Position numbers and translations under genes: made by a program | Shown: positions 19,598 to 28,589 of the stretch, one piece after another | How positions within the stretch are numbered: the stretch's first letter is position 1 | Layout: each line of letters begins with the position of its first letter | The notes under the pieces: generated by a model | Told to the model about the DNA's origin: nothing | Seen by the model: the letters and a program-made list of their open reading frames with translations, nothing else | Database searches by the model: none | Assembly: GCA_900554715.1 (NCBI GenBank) | Contig: USIN01000001.1 | Span: forward strand, 1-33,708 | DNA length: 33,708 nucleotides | Reading direction: 5' to 3' | From: an uncultured Bacteroidales bacterium | Lineage (GTDB): Bacteria > Bacteroidota > Bacteroidia > Bacteroidales > Muribaculaceae

Positions 19598-19644
19598 AAC
19601 ATTTTTCCATTTATCGGCGCCGGTGTGATAGTGCCGCGCCATGC

Positions 19645-20184
19645 TTACTTTATCCTGAAGTCGAGACACTCGATCCCGTTTAATTCTGTTTTAATTTCTC
19701 CGGCGGCCTCCTGCGCGGCGATGTCAAGGCTGTGGCCGGCGAAGACAAGAATATCGCCGGTTTTGAAAGTCATGTGACACGACAGCGCCGCTATAGCCTT
19801 GTCGACACCGAGGTCGCCGAGAGTCACTGACCCCGACAGACTGTTGGCGCTGTAGTCGAGCCGCGTCCCGGCCATGCGCTCGTCGAGCGTCACCCATGCA
19901 CCCTCGATGAGGCAGTTGTCGCGGGCCATCATTACCTCGGGGGCTGTCCACGGCGCCGCCGCCCATTCATTGGGTATGCAGATGCCGACGGCAGATGCCG
20001 AATCATAATAACGTGCTGCGAATTTCTCTTTTATGTGGAAGCCGAGGCGGCTTATCTTTATCGCCGGGCAGACCTTGATGCTCCATTGCGAGGCGTCGTC
20101 GAGGAAGAGGGGCTTGTTGCAGCGCAGCAGTGCCGAGTCGGCAATCAGTCTCATCGTGTCGCCGCCGAGCAGTATCGCTTTCAT
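19645..20184 (-). CDS. Fumarylacetoacetate-hydrolase-family protein, degenerate
   Basis: DSALLR.NKPLFL, ISRLGFHIKEKFAARYYD, MTFKTGDIL, C-terminal LDFRIK; ATGA-coupled to rex. Confidence 0.75.
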   Translation of the reverse strand: MKAILLGGDTMRLIADSALLRCNKPLFLDDASQWSIKVCPAIKISRLGFHIKEKFAARYYDSASAVGICIPNEWAAAPWTAPEVMMARDNCLIEGAWVTLDERMAGTRLDYSANSLSGSVTLGDLGVDKAIAALSCHMTFKTGDILVFAGHSLDIAAQEAAGEIKTELNGIECLDFRIK

Positions 20185-20831
20185 TTGACAACCCCCATGC
20201 GGTTATACATCACCGCCAGATGTGAATAGATCGATGTGTTTGTCACCACTACACCGTCGCGCACCCTGATGCGGTAAGGCGTGAAATTCCACAGGCTGCG
20301 GATGCCTGCGTCCATCATCATGTCGGCCACCGCCTGCGCGCTTTCGACCGGCACAGTGACGATGCCTATGTTGACGTTGAGGCGTTCGACTATCTCCCTG
20401 AGGTCGTCAGGCGAGTAGACCTCGATGCCGTTGATAGACGTTCCTATCAGCTCGGGTGACACATCTATGCCGGCCACGATATTGAGGCCGTATCGTTCCA
20501 GGCCTCTGTCCTGCATCAGAGCGCCGCCGAGGCTGCCCGTGCCGACGATGACAGCGTTGTGTGACTGCATGAAGCCGAGAAACTCGCGCAGGGCCTCTTC
20601 GAGCGACGCGACCTCATAGCCGATGCGGGTCTTGCCCTTGATGTTGAGAAACGACAGGTCTTTTGCAATCTGTGACGAATCGACAGCAAGCTCCTCGGCT
20701 ATCCTGGTCGACGAGACATACTCCACCTTGTCCTTGTGGAGGATGCTGACGTATGCCAGATACCACGGGAGGCGTCTGAGCGTAGGCTCAGGCAGAAGAT
20801 CTTGTGACCGTGACGCGCGATTTTCGTTCAT
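20181..20831 (-). CDS. rex: Redox-sensing transcriptional repressor Rex
   Basis: PEPTLRRLPWY, SSTRIA, QIAKDLS, GKTRIGYEV, GTGSLGGAL, WNFTP. Confidence 0.96.
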   Translation of the reverse strand: MNENRASRSQDLLPEPTLRRLPWYLAYVSILHKDKVEYVSSTRIAEELAVDSSQIAKDLSFLNIKGKTRIGYEVASLEEALREFLGFMQSHNAVIVGTGSLGGALMQDRGLERYGLNIVAGIDVSPELIGTSINGIEVYSPDDLREIVERLNVNIGIVTVPVESAQAVADMMMDAGIRSLWNFTPYRIRVRDGVVVTNTSIYSHLAVMYNRMGVVK

Positions 20832-20909
20832 GACTGCAAATTTACAACAATTTTCCCAAAATCCCGCAACTCCTTAACATTTAATCCTCGACAACGGCTG
20901 TGTCTCGTC

Positions 20910-23900
20910 TTATTCGGCAGTGACGGCGATTTTGCGGGAGTCGGTTTCGTAGTGGTCGCCGTCGGTGCTGATCGAGGCGCGGTAGACATAGATGCCGCGC
21001 TTGACGCGGGCGCCGCTCTGGTCGGTCAGATCCCAGCTGACGGGCGACGAGAGATACATGTCACTCATGCCACGGCTGGTGTCGCTCCAGACGAGTTTGC
21101 CGTTGAGGTTGTAGACCGAAACGGTGACTGTCAGCAGGTTGTTGGGACGGTTGTGGACGAGGTAGAAATTGGCGCGGACCGAGGCGGGGTTGGCGTCGCT
21201 GTAGATGTCGTAGATCTTGGGACGGATGGTGCTGTCGACGACGAAGTCAATCTCTTTTGTGGCCGAGTTGGTGTGGGTGTCCCAGACGCGCAGCATTATC
21301 GTGTGGGGGCCGTCGGTGAGGTCGCTCAGCGGATAGGCTATCTCTCCCGAGGCTGTGCCGTCGGCCGAGGGGGTGAAGTAGTAGGGCACGTCGTTGTAGC
21401 TGCGGTTGCCGTCGAGGGTTATGGTCATCTGATGGCCGACGCCGGCGGTCGAGAGGTTGATGCCGACGTTGTCGCTGATGCGGGCGATGACCATCGGGTC
21501 GGCGTTGACGCGGTCGCCGCTGACGAATGTCGGGTGGTTGATGACGAGGCTCTCGATGACGGGCGCTATGTCGTCGTCAGCGGCCTCTTCGTCAAGGCCG
21601 TAGACATAGAAGTCGCGGCAGACGCCGACAGCCGTGGCGTCGGGCGACGTGGCATACATGTTGAGCGTGGCCTCGCGGAAGTTATCGGCTATCTCGGAGG
21701 GGGTAGCGACGGTGATTTTGAATTCGCCGCCGGTGACTGTCGTCGAGCCCGAGTAGAGTTTGTCGCCGTGGACCTCGAAGGTGATGGCTTTGCCGTCGCC
21801 GTTGCCGTTGGATGTCACCGAGCGGTCGGCGTCGTAGATGTCGATGCCGACGGTGCCGTTGAAGCCGTCGAGTTTAGTGCCGTCGGGCGATTCGATGTGA
21901 CCTGTGAACTCGACGATGCTGCGGGCGGCTATGACAACCTGATTGTCAGTGCCGACGGGTTTGCCGTCGATGCTGTCGAGCACCACGATGTTGTCGGGTG
22001 TGACGGGACGGAGGGCCGGGTCGCCCATGAAGACGTAGCGGAGGCGGTTGGGGTTGCTGCGGTGTTCGCCGCGGCTGTTGCGGATGTCGTTTTTGGCGCG
22101 GCGGTATATCTCGCCGGCGGCCATCAGGCGGCCGTCATCGTCGCGTCGCGCGAGGGCTCGGCCCATGGCCTCTGAGAAGAAGCCGTTGTCGGTGATATAC
22201 ACGGGGCGTGTGGCGCTGATCATGCCGACGGCGCCGCCGTAGCGCTCGAAGAAGAGGAGCTCGCCGCCGCTGACGGTGTTCGAGTCCCAGCGGAGGAAGT
22301 CGCAGGTGGCGGCGTAGATGTAGGGCAGACGCGTGAGATACATCTCGTTGAGGTCTGTGAATGTCAGCTGTTTGTCGTGGGTCCAGGCGTGGTTGTTGGC
22401 GTGGCCGGCGAAGCACCACCACACGACGCCCTCGTTGAGGTAGCGGAACATCTCCTCGCGGGCCAGCGGATAGGCGCCGCCCGATTTGGTATAGGCGTCC
22501 ATGTAGACTTTCTGGATGATATGCTGCTGTCCTTCTGTGGCTTCGAGGGCTTTGACAAGCTTCTCGGCCTGTTCGAGGTGGACGCCGTTGTCTTCGTCGT
22601 CGGCGAGCATCATGATGCGGTTTTTCCATGCTCCGTCGCGTGTGTCGGCGGCGTAGCTGTAGATTTTGTCGACGGTCTGAGCCGCTTCCGAGGCTGAGGT
22701 GACGGGTATGCGGCCTACGGCGATCGAGAGGTCGTCGAGACCCATGTCGCTGCCGCTGTTGTCTTCGAGCATGGCGATGAAGTCGTCGGTGTTGAAGCCG
22801 TCGTTGTCGTTGAGCGAGTAGCGCATCGTTCTTACCTGCCATGCGGGAATGGTCTGGATGCCAAGTTTTTTAACCGCAGCCGACTGATGGCGCTCGTCGT
22901 AGGTCGTGCGGGCCATGATTAGGGCGTAGCGCAGAGGCGTGTCTGAAGCCGCGCCGCGGTCGTAGAGCATCTTGAGGTATTTGCGGAGGGCCGAGACGTC
23001 GGGCATGCCCGAGGCAAACTCGTTGTAGACCTGAGCGACGTCGACGACCTTGACCTTGAGGGCGTCGCGGCTGTTGCGGTGATATTCGGCTATGCGCTCG
23101 GCCTGGGCTTTCCACGCCGGATGGGTGAATATGACCATATTGACCGGCTCTTCGCCGTGGAGGTTCTGATTGCTGACGGCCGACACGAAGGTCGGGGCCG
23201 GGATATTTGCGTCGCTGCGCCAGGCGACATAGCTGCGCAGGCCCGAGTAGGGGTTTGTCCAGACTGCGCGTCCGCCGTCGCTGCCCGTGGCGAGCGTTCT
23301 GACGGACGAAGGTTCGGTGACATCCCAGACGGTGACGCCCGAGGCGTCGGCTCCCGAGAGGTCGAGCGAGAGGCCGGTCGAGCGCTGGCGGAAGGCGATG
23401 TGGCCCGCGGCGGGGAGTTTCAGCTCGCGCTGGTAGTTGACGCTGATATAGTTGAGCCAGGCGCTGTAGACGACCGTCGAGGCTTTGTGGGTGACGGTGA
23501 GGTCGAGGCGCTGGCCGTCGACGGCGGTCTCGTGGCGGGCGATGCCCTCGGTGGCGTGGACATAGACGCTGTTTGATGTCGCGGCGATGCGGTCTGAGTT
23601 GTTGGCTGTCAGGTCGGTGCCGTTGACGTTGAAGGTGAGCTGCGATGCGGCGTTGTAGGTCTTGGCGACGAACGACACCTCGAACCACACTTTGTCGCCG
23701 CTCTTGTCGGGCATGGTGAAGCTGAACTTGCGGGTGGGGGTGAAGCGGAAGTCCTCGCCGACGAGCATCGGGCCGGCCTCGCCGGGCGACACGAGTTCTT
23801 GCTCGTAGTGGATGAGTTCGACGAAGTCGGTGGCGGGCGACTCGGCTGTGCCGCGGCCTATGGTCTCGATTTCGGGCGATGGCTCGTCGCTCTCGCCGAT

Positions 23901-24338
23901 GAAATAGTAACCGGCTTCGGTATAGAGGTTTGTCGACTGTGTGTAGCGGTTTGTGGCCGACTGTGTCCACTCTTCGGGGCCTACGCCGTAGAAGACTATG
24001 CCGCCGTCTTTGGCGCGGGCTATGGCTGTCTGGGGGAGGTCGTCGACATAGTTGGCTGCGTTGAGGATGTCGGCGATGCGGCGTCCGCCGTAGCCGAAGA
24101 CTCTCACTCGCGAGGGGTCGCTGAAGCCCCATGAGCGCAGGGTCGAGACGGGAATCTTGTAAAGGCCCGACGAGGGGACGGCGACTTTGACCCAGCGGCC
24201 CGAGGCGAGCACCGAGCTGGCGGCGTAATGGTCGAGACTAAGGGCTTTGGCCACAGGCGCCAGCGCCATGACGGCGATGATGACTGCGGCTGCGCGGAGT
24301 ATGATATGACGGTAGGTTTTCTGCATTGTGTTGTTCAT
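20910..24338 (-). CDS. porU: Type IX secretion system sortase PorU
   Basis: SVLASGRWVKV, NQNLHG, YNEFASG, TDDFIAMLED, VGRIPV, ADDED, VYMDAY, FAGHA (His), ATCDFLRWD (Cys), SATRPVY, GDPAL, GVGHQM; C-terminal CTD. Confidence 0.9.
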   Translation of the reverse strand: MNNTMQKTYRHIILRAAAVIIAVMALAPVAKALSLDHYAASSVLASGRWVKVAVPSSGLYKIPVSTLRSWGFSDPSRVRVFGYGGRRIADILNAANYVDDLPQTAIARAKDGGIVFYGVGPEEWTQSATNRYTQSTNLYTEAGYYFIGESDEPSPEIETIGRGTAESPATDFVELIHYEQELVSPGEAGPMLVGEDFRFTPTRKFSFTMPDKSGDKVWFEVSFVAKTYNAASQLTFNVNGTDLTANNSDRIAATSNSVYVHATEGIARHETAVDGQRLDLTVTHKASTVVYSAWLNYISVNYQRELKLPAAGHIAFRQRSTGLSLDLSGADASGVTVWDVTEPSSVRTLATGSDGGRAVWTNPYSGLRSYVAWRSDANIPAPTFVSAVSNQNLHGEEPVNMVIFTHPAWKAQAERIAEYHRNSRDALKVKVVDVAQVYNEFASGMPDVSALRKYLKMLYDRGAASDTPLRYALIMARTTYDERHQSAAVKKLGIQTIPAWQVRTMRYSLNDNDGFNTDDFIAMLEDNSGSDMGLDDLSIAVGRIPVTSASEAAQTVDKIYSYAADTRDGAWKNRIMMLADDEDNGVHLEQAEKLVKALEATEGQQHIIQKVYMDAYTKSGGAYPLAREEMFRYLNEGVVWWCFAGHANNHAWTHDKQLTFTDLNEMYLTRLPYIYAATCDFLRWDSNTVSGGELLFFERYGGAVGMISATRPVYITDNGFFSEAMGRALARRDDDGRLMAAGEIYRRAKNDIRNSRGEHRSNPNRLRYVFMGDPALRPVTPDNIVVLDSIDGKPVGTDNQVVIAARSIVEFTGHIESPDGTKLDGFNGTVGIDIYDADRSVTSNGNGDGKAITFEVHGDKLYSGSTTVTGGEFKITVATPSEIADNFREATLNMYATSPDATAVGVCRDFYVYGLDEEAADDDIAPVIESLVINHPTFVSGDRVNADPMVIARISDNVGINLSTAGVGHQMTITLDGNRSYNDVPYYFTPSADGTASGEIAYPLSDLTDGPHTIMLRVWDTHTNSATKEIDFVVDSTIRPKIYDIYSDANPASVRANFYLVHNRPNNLLTVTVSVYNLNGKLVWSDTSRGMSDMYLSSPVSWDLTDQSGARVKRGIYVYRASISTDGDHYETDSRKIAVTAE

Positions 24339-24361
24339 CTTTGTAATAACGCGGCGGGGCG

Positions 24362-25114
24362 TTATTTATTGTGCTTCATAGCATTTGTCGGCTCGAAGGC
24401 GGCGAGCCAGCGGGTCCAGTCGGCGCTGTCGCCGTTGAAGGTGTTGAGGTCGACGTCGCCTTTGATGCCGTCGACGCGGCTTCGGTGGCTGTGCTGCCAG
24501 AGGGTCCATCGTCCGCCGGCGAGGGGCGGGTTGGTGAAGGAGCATATCCAGACGGGACGGTCGTCGAAGCGTCCGCTGATATAGCGGCTTATGCCGCGTT
24601 TGTTGGAGTAGATCATCACCTTGCGTCCGGCCGAGTCGAGGCTGTTTATCATGGCTCCGAGTCGTGCGGCGACGAGGCCGGCGTTTATGTCGTCGGGGTT
24701 GCCGTTGTCTTCGACATCGATGGCGAGGGGGAGGTCGAGGTCGAGGCTGTCGACGACGCTGAGGAAGTGGCGTGCCTGGCGGTCGCCGTCGCAGTCGAAG
24801 CGGAAGAAGTGGTATGCGCCGACCTTGAGGCCGCTTGTGCGGGCTTCGCCGTAGTTGCGGGCGAACTCGGAGTCGCAGAAGCTGACGCCCTCGGTGGCCT
24901 TTAGGACGACGAAGTCGACGCCGTCGGCGGCGACGCGGCCGAAGTCGACACGTCCGTTATGGGCCGAGAGGTCAACGCCGACGACGGGGTATTCGTCGCG
25001 GGGCACGTCGACGTATGGGTCGCGGGCGGCGGTCATGCGCAGCAGCGCCGTGGCGAAAATCGCCACGCCGGTGACGCCCACGATTGTGCTCGCTATGATT
25101 CCTGCTTTGTTCAT
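24362..25114 (-). CDS. GH25 muramidase (lysozyme) with an N-terminal membrane anchor or signal
   Basis: GVDLSAHNG, KATEG, GAYHFF, AIDVE (DxE), WQHS, VDLN. ATG 25114 lies 5 nt after TAATTTTG (25120-25127). Confidence 0.92.
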   Translation of the reverse strand: MNKAGIIASTIVGVTGVAIFATALLRMTAARDPYVDVPRDEYPVVGVDLSAHNGRVDFGRVAADGVDFVVLKATEGVSFCDSEFARNYGEARTSGLKVGAYHFFRFDCDGDRQARHFLSVVDSLDLDLPLAIDVEDNGNPDDINAGLVAARLGAMINSLDSAGRKVMIYSNKRGISRYISGRFDDRPVWICSFTNPPLAGGRWTLWQHSHRSRVDGIKGDVDLNTFNGDSADWTRWLAAFEPTNAMKHNK

Positions 25115-25188
25115 CTTTACAAAATTAGCCAAATTATCCGGCGCAGCCATAGATTTTTATGTTTTTAACAAGATGGATTCGGGCTTTT

Positions 25189-27027
25189 TTACCATTTGGG
25201 CGGGAGGACGGGCGCGGGGCCGGCGAGACGTGTCTGACGGCTGCGGAGGGCGCGGAGGGCCATGGCGCGGGTCATGACGATGTCGTCGTTGAAGCCTGCG
25301 CGGGCGCCGTATGAGCCGTTGCGGCGCTGTTCGTAGGTGAGGAGCTCGTTGCAGGCCTCGGTGTCGCGCTCGGTGTAGGCGCCGTCGCGGACGGCCTCGA
25401 TGAGTCCGGAGACGAGGGCGGCTTTGGTCGAGCGGTTGGTGTGGAAGCCGAGGCGCTGCGAGGCACGGCCGTCGCCGTCGAGGGTCTCGCGGCGGTAGAG
25501 GTGTCGGTAGGTCTCGGCCAGGCGGCTGAGGATGAAGAGGTTCGAGTCGGCTCCGCCGTCGGCCTCGCATTCGAGGGTGTTGCTCTCGACGATGAGCAGG
25601 GCGTCGTTGTAGAGTCGCCCGACGGCGGCGCATTTGGCGGCCAGACGGTCGTGGTCGAGGTGTCCGCGCCACTGGGCGACGATCTCGTGACGGCGCATGC
25701 CCTCGCCGCGGCGCATGACGGCGATGACCGACCAGTCGCTCTTGACCGAGCGTCCGCCGACATCGACGGCGGCGACATATTCGGCTTTGTCGTCGGGTTT
25801 CTCCCATATCTGCAGGCCGCCGGCAGGGTCTTCGACGAGCGCGCCCGAGCTGTCGGCGTCGGCGGTCATCAGCGGCTCGAGGCAGTCGCCGCGCAGTCGC
25901 TCGACGTCGGCGGGATCGAAGACGCCGCTGCCTGTGGCGGCGAAGGCTTCGGTGTCGGTGGTGGGAAACTCGGCCATCATCATCTCGTGTGACAGGTATT
26001 CAGACGATTTGAGGCGGTACCAGTAGATCTGCTCGAGGGTCAGGCCCATGTTCCAGAGCGACCGCTCGTATGGGCTCATTGAGGTGATGACGGCCTCGGG
26101 GTCGTCGACGGGTACTGAATAGAGCTCGATCTCATACCAGGGGACGAAGACGGCGCGCTTGTCGCCGCGTCCGTCGCGGCAGCGCAGCCACTCGCTGTGG
26201 AAGTAGTTGCCGATGCCGTTGGCGGTCGACTCCATGACTATCAGCGAGTAAGGCATCAGTGCTATCGAGCCGCAGACGGCGCGGACGAGTCCTTCGGGGG
26301 TGTGCTGCGGTGTCGAGGGCCAGAAGGCGGTCTCGGAGAGGTGGGCCATGGCGTAGTCGCTGCCACGGACGGCTTCGTGGTTTTCGGCAGAGCCGACGGT
26401 GACGCGGCATCCGCGGCCTGTGATCTCGCGGACGTTGAGCGAGCGCTCGTAGGGGCGGAACATCGGACGCTCGTCGCCTTCCCAAAGGTCTTCGGGGTAG
26501 TCGGCGAGCATCTTGGTGTACATGCCGCGTATGCCGGCGGCAGTGTCTTTGACGTGGGCGCAGATGAGCGAGTGCCAGTTGCGGCGGTGGCACGACTGTA
26601 TCCATGCCATATACATCTGGATGAGGGTCGAGCCTCCCCACTGTCGGGCCTTGAGCATGATGAGGCGTATGGGGCGTCCGGCGCGGCGGTCGGCTTCCAT
26701 GACGGCGGCGACGCGGCGCTGGGGGCGGTTGAGTCTGAAGGCTACGTCGGTGCCGAGGGTCTTGTGTTTGACTCTGACGCAGGTGACGCACCAGTATTCG
26801 AAGTCGTGGCGGCAGCGGAGGGTTTTCCATTGCTCGGGGCCTGTGGCGACGGCATACTGCGGGTCGTCGGTCATCTCTCGCGGCACGAAGGCTCGCGGGA
26901 GGCCTTCGACGGGTGTGGCGACCTCGATGCGGTCGCCGGAGCATCCGATGCCTCTGACGGGGTCGAAGTCGGTCTCGAACGCCCGCAAGCGACGAGTGTT
27001 TTCTTGAATTATTTCTTTGATATTCAT
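25189..27027 (-). CDS. Phage-type terminase large subunit (ATPase + RNase H-like nuclease)
   Basis: LNRPQ adenine-binding motif, Walker A LKARQWGGST, Walker B HLSE, coupling motif MESTANG, FVPWY; nuclease acids AVDVGG, SDWS, VESN, DDIVM. Confidence 0.9.
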   Translation of the reverse strand: MNIKEIIQENTRRLRAFETDFDPVRGIGCSGDRIEVATPVEGLPRAFVPREMTDDPQYAVATGPEQWKTLRCRHDFEYWCVTCVRVKHKTLGTDVAFRLNRPQRRVAAVMEADRRAGRPIRLIMLKARQWGGSTLIQMYMAWIQSCHRRNWHSLICAHVKDTAAGIRGMYTKMLADYPEDLWEGDERPMFRPYERSLNVREITGRGCRVTVGSAENHEAVRGSDYAMAHLSETAFWPSTPQHTPEGLVRAVCGSIALMPYSLIVMESTANGIGNYFHSEWLRCRDGRGDKRAVFVPWYEIELYSVPVDDPEAVITSMSPYERSLWNMGLTLEQIYWYRLKSSEYLSHEMMMAEFPTTDTEAFAATGSGVFDPADVERLRGDCLEPLMTADADSSGALVEDPAGGLQIWEKPDDKAEYVAAVDVGGRSVKSDWSVIAVMRRGEGMRRHEIVAQWRGHLDHDRLAAKCAAVGRLYNDALLIVESNTLECEADGGADSNLFILSRLAETYRHLYRRETLDGDGRASQRLGFHTNRSTKAALVSGLIEAVRDGAYTERDTEACNELLTYEQRRNGSYGARAGFNDDIVMTRAMALRALRSRQTRLAGPAPVLPPKW

Positions 27028-27060
27028 AGTGGTTAGAAATTAAGATTGAAGAAAATTTTT

Positions 27061-27190
27061 AGACAGAAAGACAGAAAAAGAACAAAAGAACATAAGTACA
27101 CAAGAACATAAGAATATAAATATTATGTTCTGTTTGTTTTTATGCCTAAAAAACTTTTGTTCTTATGTGTTTGTGTTCTTGTGTTTTTCT
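27061..27190. repeat. Degenerate octamer (AGAACATA-type) repeats in two inverted arms
   Basis: AGAACAAA/AGAACATA/AGTACACA units at 27061-27118 face TATGTTCT/TGTGTTCT units at 27124-27190. Confidence 0.75.
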
Positions 27191-27254
27191 TTGACGGACG
27201 GAAGGACATAAATCATAGTTTTGGGACAGGAGAAGCTGAGGATGCTTCGGACGG

Positions 27255-27324
27255 TGCAAAGTTAAGGCTGTCAGGGGCGGTTTTTATTACTAAAATCGTT
27301 ATGAGGTGCAATTTTAGAATTCCG
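27255..27324 (-). promoter_or_regulatory. Promoter with palindromic operator upstream of the terminase (copy A)
   Basis: TAACTTTGCA (27255-27264, minus strand) plus ACTAAAATCG-N10-CAATTTTAGA (27289-27318), then ATTCCG. Confidence 0.75.
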
Positions 27325-27486
27325 TGGTAAACAGGACTAATCAGTAAAAAAAATATGTGGCGCATTTCAGCCGTTCCATGCCGGTTCTGTCTGACAGTTC
27401 AAAGTGGATTAGACCACAGGTGTTTATGAGTTTTATTGGCGATTTTGGATGCAAAGTTGATTTTTTTGCTTTTTTTTTAACAAAAG

Positions 27487-27518
27487 CTTGCTTTTTGAAC
27501 TTTGTTATCGTATTTTTG
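27487..27518 (+). promoter_or_regulatory. Sigma-A promoter for the AT-rich lipoprotein gene
   Basis: CTTG (27487-27490), 20-nt spacer, TATTTTTG (27511-27518). Confidence 0.6.
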
Positions 27519-27701
27519 CGAAAATTACTTACCTAAAAATAAAATTTCATGAAAAAACTCCTCATTTTAGCTGCATCCCAATCATTCCGATTAGGTACTC
27601 GCCAACATAGCTTCTTAAAATTATGCAGGTGAGGTATTCAAAGCCGGTGATTATACTTACTCTAAGAACCTAAAAATGATAACAATAAAATAATTAGAGA
27701 T

Positions 27702-28511
27702 ATGAAAACGACTAAAATAATATTTGCAGGTCTGGCGGCTTTGTTTATGGTTTTTATGACGGCATGTTCGGATGACCCGCAGTCGTCAGAGGACAAGGCA
27801 AATCCTAAGAATTTTGTCAAGAAAGGAAAAATCGTGCAGGGCGAGATTGACTATAATGTGCTCAGCCGATATTCGGCCGCTTTGAAGGATGCAACTTATA
27901 CGCGTAGTAATACAAAATATTATTTTCAAGATGATTTAACCAAAGGTAGATGGGAAAAAGAAGATGCTGCGGTTGGTCAATATCCCAGTACACCTAAATA
28001 TATTGTAATAAAAGAAGGTGCATGCTGGGAGGCGTTTGAGCCTAATTACAATACTGGTCATGCACAGTATATATCGGCAATGTTTGCCCTAAATCTTGCT
28101 ACAGGAAAAGAATATAATGTTATCTTGAAAAAAGATTTGACTGTTGATGAGGCTTCTAAAACGATTACGATTGGCTCGAAGAATTTTGAGCTGTTGTACG
28201 CTGACTCGGAGTATCTTGTAGTAGGCTTCAAATCGACATATCAAGGCGGTCGAACCCACAATGGCGGGGAAAGTTTAGAAATTTCCTCATACTCCTTGTC
28301 TGAACCATTCGTTATGAAAGATACTCCTTTAGCATTTGATTCATTGCGAGATGCATATGATTGGCTTATTGACACATTCCGTGAGCGTTTTGGAGAATCA
28401 GCTGATTTAAATAAATATATAACCTCTGCAATATACGATAATCCGATGGTCTATCTGAGTGATCTGATTGCAGAACGCGATTATTATGTATCTCTTGAAG
28501 ACGGTGAATAA
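27702..28511 (+). CDS. AT-rich lipoprotein of unknown function
   Basis: Lipoprotein signal ...FMTA-C followed by acidic SDD; composition sharply more AT-rich than the neighbouring genes. Confidence 0.85.
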   Translation: MKTTKIIFAGLAALFMVFMTACSDDPQSSEDKANPKNFVKKGKIVQGEIDYNVLSRYSAALKDATYTRSNTKYYFQDDLTKGRWEKEDAAVGQYPSTPKYIVIKEGACWEAFEPNYNTGHAQYISAMFALNLATGKEYNVILKKDLTVDEASKTITIGSKNFELLYADSEYLVVGFKSTYQGGRTHNGGESLEISSYSLSEPFVMKDTPLAFDSLRDAYDWLIDTFRERFGESADLNKYITSAIYDNPMVYLSDLIAERDYYVSLEDGE

Positions 28512-28521
28512 GCTAATCGTA

Positions 28522-28580
28522 CTCTCTGTGATACAAAGGGGCTGCAACGCAAGTTGTGGCTCCTTTTGTATTACAGAGAG
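28522..28580 (+). terminator. Terminator hairpin after the lipoprotein gene (possibly bidirectional)
   Basis: CTCTCTGTG-ATACAAAGGGGCTGCAAC-GCAA-GTTGTGGCTCCTTTTGTAT-TACAGAGAG forms an extended stem with a GNRA loop. Confidence 0.75.
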
Positions 28581-28589
28581 AAAGGGTTA

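Noticed and set aside
27142..27330. 62-aa plus-strand ORF, and similarly 28715-29026
   Set aside because: These are translations of simple repeats and promoter DNA, with no coding support.
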